A DNA stretch of 27,167 nucleotides, taken from contig WELB01000030.1 of NCBI GenBank assembly GCA_009602725.1, positions 750,447 through 777,613 of the forward strand. The letters are read 5' to 3'. How positions within the stretch are numbered: position 1 is the stretch's first letter; every line of letters begins with the position of its first letter. The DNA is from Spirogloea muscicola (lineage: Eukaryota). The notes beneath the pieces were generated by a model that was not told the origin of the DNA, searched no databases, and saw only the letters and a list, made by a program, of their open reading frames with translations. Both the position numbers and the translations under genes were made by a program. Positions 9,701-20,239 of the stretch are shown here, in pieces.

Positions 9701-12700
9701 ACTGGGGTTGTCTCAGGAGACATTCAGCAGTGATGCCCTTATCTCTGGCTTCGTTGCCAGGGCCACTCGTGTGAGTTACGTTCTGCTTAGCGACTGATGC
9801 ATGTCAAGGACCTCAGGTCCAATAGCAGTTGTCTTATCCCTTTCTATCGCTATGTGCAGCCATGCATGTCACTGCTTAAGATACTGTGCGCAAATTCAGC
9901 ACGGAGGAGAAGGAAACTTGTGCGCACACTGGTGGAGTGGGATCAGTTGATTGTAGAGGTGAATTGCATACTGCTTCCACTCCTTGGCTGCATCTAGAGT
10001 AAGAATAATCTATATCTGTTTTCATGTTGCCCTTTGAGAAGTATCTTGTGGCCAAGAGAAATTGGCACTGAAGATGAGGAGGATCCTCCGTGGTCGAGGT
10101 CTTCAGAGACGGATTGTATTCACGCCCTTGCTAGGACTTCTACATATAGTCTACTTAATGTTGCAGAACAGTTGAAGGTGTCTCTGAGATTGCACAGTGA
10201 GACGTTGTAGTAGATGAGCGCCCTACACGCGAGACTGCTGCAGCTCACATTCTCAATCGGTTGTGTCTGATAGGCAGAAACTGCACAGGACTCCAAGAGA
10301 TTCAAGGAGCACATGCTGGCAAACTATGCCCAGGTAAATCCATGTCCATGGACGGTGTTGTTTGGAAGCATTCCTGCAGGTGCTGAAGTATAGGCAGTTT
10401 TGTACTTGAGGATGTCATGTAAGAGGGCTAGTATCTGCTCTGGTCAATAGGCTTGAGCTTTCAGATAGTCTGCACGTGAGTGTCAAGACAAAGGGCAGGA
10501 CAGGCTACAGGTTCGCTGAGTAGCTCTTATGAGATCAGGCCTTGGAGCAGTTATTCAGCCCCTTCTCAAGTCCCCTTCTCAAATTCAGGCCCTCATGGCA
10601 TACATGATAAAATATTTCTGAGGACCTCTGGGTCGAATGCCCTCATTCTTGTCTTTCACGTTGCAAAAGCATGACAAGTACGTCTCTTTGCTGCGAGCAC
10701 TGTGAGTGCAGCAGGACTGGTGGACCGAGAACCGCATTGTCAGCTTCACTGTGGAGCAAACGTGTCGCATTATAGCGCAGTATTTATTACTTGGCTTTTC
10801 GTCCAACCTTTACTCTCCGCCAGAATGTTTGATGATATACTGGTATGATGCTCGACGTTTGATGCCATGTCGTTGCTGCATTGTACGTTGTTGCAGGAGG
10901 TTACATTTGACAGGCATGCTATTAGGTGTGTAGATACTTGCTGCAAGTACCTAAGGGTTCTTTCTAGAAAACTCCAGCAGTACAATTACTACTTGTTCAT
11001 TCAGAGCTCTGAAGAGGTGGTGTTAATCAGAGATTTGCTGGCCAGCTGGTCACGGAGTGGCAGTGATCCTTGCCGTACAGGTACTTGGATCATGTTCTAA
11101 GCACGCTGGTGCACAATCAAGGAACACGTGAGGTGCACACCTTCCACAAGAAAGCCATTGGTCAAGGTGATGCTATCGAATTGCTGGGCACTAACTTTTG
11201 CAAGTCAAATAGAGGAAGTCAAATCTACGTGCATATGCAGCTTCTCTTACTTGTTGTATTTAAATACACAATGTAGAGTCTATTTTTTGCTAGTTATTCC
11301 TTACAATGCAAACGTGCAATGAAGAATGTATTGTATACAATCTCACGAAGTCACTAGCTGCACCAGATGCTTTCACTGACAGTGTACAGTTATGTGGGCT
11401 GTGCTGTAGCCAAGAAGGCCAAGAAAAAGAAGACAATGACCCAGAAGCCAGTACAGCCGGCAGACTACCAGCCCAGCGTTGACATGTATCATACCTATGT
11501 GTACTCCGAGCTATGCAAGGCTTACATTGGAGTGAGAACCTGGCCTTTTGTAATGACACAATGTTAATACCAGCGAGTTGCTCTCTTCCATTGCTATGTA
11601 GACGTATGTCACCATGTAATGGTGCCCTGTATGCAGCGTCACAGGGTCTGAGCTGACTGGTGTTAAGCAAGCACTATACGCGATCTGGGTGAGCTACAGC
11701 TTGGATTGACTGCCCCTCTTGCTTGCCAGTTGCTCATGGGCTTGGAGCTGGATCACAAGGTCTCGTATCCTATGGCACCCTTCAACACCGAGGAGGAGGT
11801 ATGACGCAGCAGATGTCAATGCTACTTGGACTGGATATCAGGACATTGTGACCACTCTGCTGGTGGTATTGGCTCGCTTGGCATTGCCACAGGTGTTTAA
11901 CCTCCAAGCCAGGTGGTCGCCACAATCACCACCTGCTTATAGGCTTGTTGGTGCCGCGGTTGCAGAGATACATTCAGCGTTTCGGTCCTCTCGATGCGGT
12001 CCGCGTGCCTGAGCCCGCTGCTTATTCCACATTCAAGCGGCACACTGCAAGGACCCACACTTCAGTAATGCTTTGCAAGCCCTGCCTTCTGCTAGTCATA
12101 CTATGGGTGCTGCTTGTGTGCCACTTTGTACTCTGTAGCTTTTGTCATGTGTCTTGTGTTTGCCGCCTGAAGATCTAGGCTGCTTTGTATCAAACCCGTA
12201 CATAGCTACGGCTGCCAGCTATATCCAGCCAGTCTGTGGCAGGAGACTGTCCGCTTGATCAGAATGATGATGTTTTCCCATGGTTAACTGGAAAAGGCGC
12301 TTGTGGCCGCCTCTGAATTTAAGCAGTGCGTGAGTCTGTACTCGCATGAATCGATTTCTTGACATAGAGTTGACCTTCTTCCTGTGCATCACATCTGCAG
12401 GTTCCACAGCAGTATCACCTCGCACTTGAGCACTTCCACACGGTTGGGCAATACCTTCACCAGCTTCATGGCCGGCTGCAGGCAATTACGGACATGCCTG
12501 CTGTCAGCTATGGAGAGCGACTGAAGGAGCTTCAGCGGCTCCAACAGGCAAGCAAATCTGAAGGCCACAGCCTCCGATTGCGTTGCCTGCACATCACTTT
12601 CTGCATGGTGGTGCTGAGTACCTCACGGGGAGCGTCCAGCCCTCAGCTCCTGCATTGTGGGAAGCTTATTCAAAAGCTGCTCACTGGGCATTTGGCTCTC

Positions 12701-12836
12701 CACATTGCAGGTTGTAACTCGGAACATGCTGGCCCTCAAGATTGCCCACCGGACAGGGCCTGGGCCAACGCTCAAGGCCACCTTTGATTTCTCCCACCAC
12801 ATCTGTTTCCCAGTTGCAGTTCTCAAGCGCAGCTGA
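6783..12836 (+). CDS. NAA35: N-alpha-acetyltransferase 35, NatC auxiliary subunit (MAK10)
   Basis: Exons 6783-6879, 6998-7065 (ELKPGELVHGENFSLFEAMSALE), 7460-7600 (IMDAKMDAG), 7856-8023 (WHAGSSLAQTIYTCLY), 8191-8341 (EEDF), 8567-9135 (RLRFRKAL...NRRLLAPTPPRPI), 9263-9406, 9636-9770, 9860-9958 (NSARRRRKL), 10274-10333, 10712/10715-10842 (LLLGF..NLYSPPE..MIYW), 11081-11166, 11410-11531, 11730-11798 (PFNTEEE), 11966-12064 (RYIQRF), 12401-12547 and 12711-12836 (FDFSHHICFPVAVLKRS*). The frame is continuous, and the last intron is read as GC-AG. Confidence 0.94.
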
Positions 12837-13324
12837 CAGCTTCCGTCAGCATGGAAAATGGTCCAGCTTAGACTGCAGTTGCTAGCTTTCCTTGGGAATA
12901 TCCAGAGTACCAACTGCAGATTGTATTCGGTATGATTTGCAGTGATATTCTTGCGATCTGGGGCTGTCATCTAATTGCCAGCTGTGAGTCCCTGACAACG
13001 CCGTACCGTTACCGGAACATGGTAGATGTTGATGTCCTTATCCCCCTTGCTTAGTGCAGTTATGCTCAACTGATACCCGTAAAACATCAAGAGAGAGGGA
13101 CGCACAGTGTGTCTGGAATGTAGCTTTGGAAATCGAGGATTCACGGCCGAAGACGGAGCGCGGCCCCGGCCCAGTTTGGCCCCGCTGAGCTGGTCATGAA
13201 CACCCTCTGTGCGCCTAAGTGGCTTTCACAGCCGTTCATCTTTATTCAGCAGCCGCATACTTCGGCCCACGGAGACCTGGCCGCGCAGCCCGCAGGTCGC
13301 GCGCCTCCGCCCGCGGCGGCGGCC

Positions 13325-16300
13325 ATGAGCTCCATCAGGGACGGCGGCGGCGGCGGCGGCGGGCACGCCCTCGCGTTCCGGGTGATGCGCCTCTGCCGCC
13401 CGGCGCTGCAGGTTGACCTCCCGCTGCGCTGCGACCCCCGCGACCTCTGCGCCGGCGAGGACGACGACGACGACGATGGCAGCGGCGGCGGCCTTGGGAG
13501 CTCCTCGCGCGCCTTCGCCGGAGGCGCCGCCGGGATCGGCGGCGGCGGNCCTCCGCCGCGCTCGCCGCAGAGGCCGCCGCAGGAGCCGCCTGACGAGCGC
13601 GCCGCCCCGCCGGCTCTGGTCTGTGCGGCCGCCCGCAGGTCCATCTACCTGGGCGAGACGTTCTGCAGCTACATCAGCATCGGCAACCACGCCAACGCGG
13701 ACGTCCACAACGTGGTCATCAAGGTGCGGCGTCCGCGCTGGTGGCTGTGAGACCCTCCGACCAGCAAGGGCGCCATTGCTGGACCACGGCTTTGGGCTGA
13801 GCGGGGGCCTGACACTGTCCTGCCGGCGGCGGTGCTGGGACCGGCGGCACCGCAGGCGGAGCTGCAGACGGAGAAGCAGCGGGCCGTGCTGGCCGACAAC
13901 GCCAAGGCCCCCATCGAGCGGCTGCCGCCGGGCGGCCGCCACGACTTCATCATCGAGCACGACATCAAGGAGCTCGGCTCACACACGTGCGTCCCACTTG
14001 CGCGCCCCATGTGGACCTCACGGACTCGATGCTCTTGACCAGCTTCCCCAGTGGTAGCAGGCTCATGGTGTTTGGCATCAGCATTCACGGCCTTGATTCA
14101 TCCTTCGAGACCTTCAGATTAGGCTTTCCTCATCAGAGCCACTCGGTGGACGAAGCTCGCATGCAAGGCTGACTGCAGAGCAGGCTCTGCGGTACAGGCT
14201 GGTGTGCTCTGCCGTGTATACGGATAAGGAGGGCGAGCGCAAGCACCTGCCGCAGTTCTTCAAGTTCGTGGCTTCAACCCCGCTCTCAGTGCGGACCAAG
14301 GTATGTCGATTGTGGGGTTTGTGAGTGTCAGTGTGCAGGGGCCTGACTCATGGTGATGCCAGGCTTACTCTCGTGAGCATTAGGGTTCATTCTAAAGAAG
14401 TTGTGTTTTCATTTGTGTGGAGTAATTGTCTAAGAACGCCGATTATACACAGCCCGCTGCAACTGCTGACTGCTATGTACTTCCCAATAGGTGACATACT
14501 TAGCAGCTGATACCCTCATCACTAACTGAGTTGCCTCGTTTTCTCTGTCTGATTTTAGGTCCGCACAATCCAGGTACACAATGAGCGACTGCCACAACTA
14601 AAAACCATATTTCAGCATCTACAATCTCTAAATCTCTCTGGGTCCTTTAGAGTAGTCTTATTCTGATTCCAGATAGCTTCAAGGCCCCAGCTGACATGTT
14701 GGCCTGACATTTACAATCTGCTATTGTTTGATGATCTGTATATGTAGTCCACCAAGAATGCAGCAGCAGGCAAGGCTTGATGTCATTGTATTGTCATAAG
14801 CCAAGGACTTGGCAGGCTCAATTGTGAACTCTTGCTGAATGTTGCTGACTTTTCTGGGCTTCAGGACAGCGTGTTTCTGGAAGCCTCCATTGAGAACTGC
14901 ACCAAGTCCCCTTTCTTTGTGGACCATGTGCGCTTTGACCCAACAGGCTCCTGGACCGCCAGAAGCCTTGGAGCAGAGACGGAAGCAGGACAACCTTGTG
15001 CCCCCCATTACAGGTGTTCAAGCAGCAATACACGACAAGCTGTGCAGCTTCTGATATTGTCAGGAAGTTGCACCTCTGTGAAGAGTGCGTGCGCTTTGCA
15101 GTCAATTGAACCTCTGTAAAGGTGTTGCTGGAGTGAGGCAGTGGGTTCATGTATTTGGCATGATTGTTGTGCTGCTCTCCCACGCTGAGCAAGTAACAGT
15201 CGCTCAAAGCGTTGGGCACAGGGAGCTCCTCCAGAAGGTGAAGCTGGTGCAAGCAAACGGAGGTTCACAGCACTTCCTGTACCACATCCAGAGGGCAACG
15301 GAGGGCACCCCTCGAGCCGACATTGGCAGTACGCTGGGCAGGCTTGAGATCATGTGGCGCACGACCCTGGGAGAGCCTGGCCGTCTGCAAACCCAGCCAA
15401 TCCTCGCGAGTGTGCGTTAGTCAAAATTTGAGATCACAACTCTCAATAGCATGATTACACTGGTTAGAATCCTTACATACATAGATATATAAATACAAGT
15501 ACGTAACATATGTGCATGTATATGGTTATCAGTGGAATTCGATGTCCTTATCTTGACAACAGTCTGGACGACCGGAAACACCTTCAGAATCTCAATTGTC
15601 ACTTATCAACTGTGGCGATTGATATGTGCTACCATTAGGAGTGCAGATCTCACAGTCAGACATTGTTAGAAAGGCCATGGATTATTCGACGTTGGCAGTG
15701 AGATAATTGTTGCTTGCTTGGCGTGGCGCAGTCGCAAGCTGCTAGGAAAGAGGTGGAACTCAAGCTAGTGGAGATGCCTCGGCGGGTTGTCCTTGAGCAA
15801 CCCTTCCTGGTGGGTTGTGCTGCCCTTTATGATGCAAAGAATCAGGTAGCAATGACTAGATTGCTGAGGACACGCTCCACTTGGCCCCAGGCATGGAGAT
15901 GCATCATTTTTCGTGCTTGGCGTGGCGATGCTCCTCAATGGTGACTTAGTGGCACCGGCCTGCAGGTTCGTTGCAAAGTGAGCAACATGACAGATGGCAG
16001 GATTGGTCCACTGGTCATCTCCATGCCCCCAGCTGCGGATGCGCCTGTTGTTGTACATGGTCCATGGACTATGGTGAGCACTCACATTGCTACCGACGTC
16101 ATTGTTTTGCACATTCCCCGCATGTTATGGTTGTGAATGCCGTGCCTCTAAGACAAAAAATAGCCAAGTAAGCCATGGAGATCTGCACTCTGCCTTTGCT
16201 CCACACTTTAAGCTTCACTTTGAGGTGCTCAGGTGCACGCTTGATTAGCGCTCCATTCTAAGTGGCATCACTTCAGATGACTGTGCTTCACAAGCAGAGG

Positions 16301-16948
16301 TAGCAACCCTGCATTCATTCCCTGGTGGCTAATGTGAGCCCTTGCTTGTCACTACCTGCAGAACATTCCAGAAATGCAGCACCACTTCAGCCTGGATGTC
16401 AATCTTGTGAGTCTACTCAATGCAATGACTATATCAATCTTGGACACATAGCTGCTCTGGGCACTTCGTGTTTCTTCTTCTTTGCTGAGCTCTGAAAGCC
16501 CATTGCAGGGTGCATGCCTTGTAGAGTCTGAGAAAGCCTACCCTTTCTTTCGCAGTGTTTTGTGGCACTGGCAGTTGGAGTGCAGAAGATACAAGGCGTC
16601 AGTGTTGCTGACCTCGAAGATGGGAAGCCATACGACAGCCTTACAGTTGTAGAGGTTGTGCTTGACCACTGCTATGAGTGATCATATCTGCCGCACTTGA
16701 TTGCCTGCTTTTAGCATCTTGTAGAGCATGACAACATTCAGGTGCAAAATCGTGGTCAAGATCAGCTCGATCTACACAAGTGGCAAACTCATGGTGCTTA
16801 GCTCAAGTGCTTGACTGCTTTCCAAGTGGAATCTGCACATGAACCTTCACAGCAGCCAAAATTCTGCACTTTGGTGCTCGAGCATTGACTGACACAAAGG
16901 ATGTGATAATTGACCCGGTGATTGCAGATATTTGTGGATCCTGAGTAG
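13325..16948 (+). CDS. TRAPPC13: Trafficking protein particle complex subunit 13
   Basis: Exons 13325-~13548 (HALAFRVMRLCRP; end lost at N13549), 13639-13723 (SIYLGETFCSYIS), 13856-13986 (AELQTEKQR...HDIKELGSHT), 14198-14300 (LVCSAVY...PQFFKF...PLSVRTK), 14559-14573 (VRTIQ), 14865-15013 (FLEASIEN), 15222-15411 (LGRLEIMWRTTLGEPGRLQTQ), 15732-15809, 15966-16073, 16362-16406, 16556-16654 (GVQKIQGV) and 16928-16948 (IFVDPE*). Confidence 0.94.
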
Positions 16949-18315
16949 GGCATCTCGTTTACACTTCATGCTGGTGCTGTAGCTTCCTGGAGTTGGAGCC
17001 GCTTGAAAGCATAACATACTATGTCGGAGGAGCTCAGAGCAAGGGATGCAAAATCGTCTGTCAGGCTGAGCTTGGCTAGCAACACGTCTGCGTCAACCCC
17101 CTGCATGCAAGCTATTTGGGTGAGAATCGAAAGGGGCAGACACTCTAGAAGACATGCTCTTGTCGCTGATGTACCTCCACTCTGTAGCTTGGCACATGAC
17201 AATGTTTTGCCGGCAAATGTGGCAAGGGCAATCAGCTGTAATTGCTCCTGACAACAGCTGCGTTGTTACTCTTTTCTTGCAGGATAATTTCAAAACATGT
17301 GATGGAAATGACCCTACACAGCTGCAGATTCAGTAGGCAATCTTACCTGCGCTGCAGTGAGTACCTTCTGACCTTCAAGCTGTCCTTCTGTGAAGCTAGT
17401 CATGGTAATGACACTGTTGATCATGGTGAAGGCATTTCAGAGTATAACATGCAATTAAAATCATTTTTTGCAAGAACGTATCCAAAATATTGTCTCGGAT
17501 CTCTTCACAACATGCCAACCATTTGTGATTGTGGGAAATGTATTGCAGGCACTCTGGACGAATACCCTTCTACTTTCTGGGCAGCTGATATTTGCACGTC
17601 ACTTATTACAACCTAGGAAAGACGTGTGTCTAAGACTTTTGAAATGTCTTGAAACGGTTGTCCCTAGTCCTTTTTGCGTTTTCCATGTCAACATCAACAG
17701 AGCGTGCCTAGCAGGGCGGCTGAGGTCTTGCAACATATCCTGAATGATGCACTAGTATACTCTGGGCACAAATGAGATCAAGATTTTTTCGCACAAGGCT
17801 GCACACACTAGGAGCGCCTCATTGATACAGGAGTAATGTTGACAGTCTTCTTATTCGTCTCTGTAAGGATCGTCCTCAATCTGTTCCATGTCTTTCACGG
17901 TGAAACTACCAGATTAATGCTCAGCAGGGCTGAGAAGACGTTTGTAAGTTCCAAGGTGACGAACAAGTCCGAGAATCCAGTACGAAGTACTACCTGCATT
18001 GAGTTGACCAACTATATCACACAATTGCTGCACACTTCTCGAGTGCCCAAATGCAGTCCTACTAAGGTATCAGTGTAGCAGTTGCATCCATTGACACGTG
18101 TGCATCAGTGACATTGCCTGGATTGTATATGTCAAGGTGTTTATTTTCGCGCAAGAGCTTATAATTTAGATCACAACCTGCTCACGAAGTTGCTTCTCTC
18201 CACATGCATATGGGGGTTCTTGGGAGAGATTCTTGGCTATCCTGACAAACAGCAGAGGAGTACTTCAATGGAGACTGTGGTGCCACTTTGACAAGCTAGA
18301 CTGGGTTAAGCACAC

Positions 18316-18368
18316 CTGAAGGTCGGGAGTGCAGCTACTTACAATTTCTGAAGGTCGGGAGTGCAGCT
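18316..18368 (+). repeat. 21-bp perfect direct repeat with 11-bp spacer
   Basis: CTGAAGGTCGGGAGTGCAGCT at 18316-18336 and 18348-18368. Confidence 0.9.
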
Positions 18369-18413
18369 CATCAAAACCTTGTCAAGTTCGCGCAGCAACA
18401 GACTCACAATAGA

Positions 18414-19378
18414 GGGCCAATTTACACCAGGTCGGTCGGTCACAATCGCTTTGACTACCGGGTCAGGGTCCGTGGTCGCCGCCATGGAGGCCGAGGCCGC
18501 CTGCACGGGCGGAACGGGGAATGCGTGTGTATTTAGAGATGGGGAGGCCATGTGTGGCCAATTCGGCCGCGCTTTTCTCATGTGTGGCCAAGTACAAAGG
18601 CAAGCACATTGGACAAATGTACGTCACCTGCTGCTAAGCTGACCCGCTCGGGGGGGGGGGTTGGTGGGTCAAAAACTCAGCCCTCCTCCGGAGGAGGGCC
18701 GGGAACCTCGTGGCACACGTCGTTTTCTTCCCTGGCGGCCTGTTTACACTTGGTCGGCCGTCGCGCGGAGGGGTACGTGTTGCGCGGTGTATGGAAAGAC
18801 CGGCTGTATAACCTTGCTGGCCCGGTCGTGGTCACACGGCACGGACGCGCCACATCGGACGCTGACCAGGACGCCTTTTGCCCCCGTTAAGGAGCAGACG
18901 GCGCCGTTGGCCACGAGGGCGGCCGGAACTGGGCCCTCCTTCCGAGGAGGGCCCAGTTTTGACCACCCCCCCCCCCCCGTCCACCCCCTTCGGACCCCGC
19001 CCGGCCTGCCCGAGAATGGACTGCTGACACCCCTCTTCCACGAGTGGAAATTCAGAATACGTTACCACACGCGCAGGCGGCCGTCGGCCTCCGTGGCCGC
19101 GACCCACCTCTGACAAGGCGGTCAAGACGACCGTGACCACTCGACCAAGTGTAAAACCTGGCCCTAACGGGGGCTAAAGGCGTCCTAGTCAGCGCCAGAT
19201 GTGCAAACGGCGCGCTCTTCCTCCTTAATGGGGCAAGAGGCGTCCTAGTCAGCGCCCAATGTGGCGCCTGCGTGGCGGGTGACCACGACCGAGCGCGCAA
19301 GGTTGTGAAAGCCGGTCACTCCATTCATCGCGCGACACGTAGCCCTCGGCGCGACCGACCGACCTGGTACATCGGCCC
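18414..19378. mobile_element. Non-autonomous TIR element (Harbinger/Tourist-like MITE), outer copy
   Basis: Left end GGGCCAATTTACACCAGGTCGGTCGGTC; right end reverse-complemented GGGCCGATGTACCAGGTCGGTCGGTC. The identical 3-bp flank AGA occurs on both sides (18411-18413 and 19379-19381). The element is GC-rich against an AT-richer background. Confidence 0.75.
18737..19164. mobile_element. Nested, inverted copy of the same MITE family
   Basis: Ends GGCCTGTTTACACTTGGTCG and (rc) GGGCCAGGTTTTACACTTGGTCG. The left arm matches the outer right arm and the right arm matches the outer left arm. The central hairpin/poly-C block is the reverse complement of 18651-18712. It is followed by TAA at 19165-19167. 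Confidence 0.72.
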
Positions 19379-20239
19379 AGAGTATGCTATCTGACACAGT
19401 CCAAGCTTTGCTGCTTGGAATGTAGCGTATTCGATCAATGCAAGTGCGTGTGATAGTGTGCATGAGCAGCTTGAAGCTCATGCTGAGTCTCTGCCAGCCT
19501 TTCTCCCTTAATGAGCTAGAGTTGGACACAGTGCACCGTCCTGCTCTGAAGACTGTGCACAGCAAGGGACGTGCTGTGCGGCTTGTGGCAGATGGCGTCA
19601 CCTTCAACACAAGCTAGAGGAGGGGTTAGCAACGCGTATGGAACAATTAATTACCAAGAAAGTCATCAACATTGGGCGACAGCCTTCTCACTCATCATTC
19701 TTGGGACTTGGGAGTGGGATCACTTCCCAACCACCCTAATGTGCAGCTTAGCTAGCTGTAGCTAAGCAAGGCCAAGGCTACACTCGCTTCAGGTGCTAAG
19801 GCCTGGCTGGTAGGCTGGCCAGTCGAAGTGATGGCACACTCAGATGCTATTGCCGCGCGTGGTGAAATGTTGGTTAATCAATGGCAGACGATCTTAAGTG
19901 TTGCTCCGTGAGGTTGCTCATGAACTCATGCTGCACAATTGGCAGCCGCGCTCCTGTTGTCTTTGACTACTGCTGCTTGTCAACTACACTCCTGAAGGAT
20001 TGCTCTTATGCCCGCGACAACTTCCCAGCTGCAGTGCTAGCAGGCACAGATCTCCGGAAATTAATGCAGAGCTGCAGCTCACTGAAGCACTTGGTTGTGG
20101 CTCAGCTTCTTCGTGCTGTGTCAACCCTCGCATTGTTGATGATGGAAATAGGAAGTTGGAGGGCTGGCTCGGATGCAACTTAGGGAACAGTGAGCACCCA
20201 GTCTCAAAGGGCCATATGCGTAGCTGCGCACTTTGAGCT

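Noticed and set aside
12264..12315. Intronic C/D-box snoRNA (ATGATGA...CTGA)
   Set aside because: Only ~52 nt between the boxes, no convincing terminal stem and no rRNA complementarity that I recognise.
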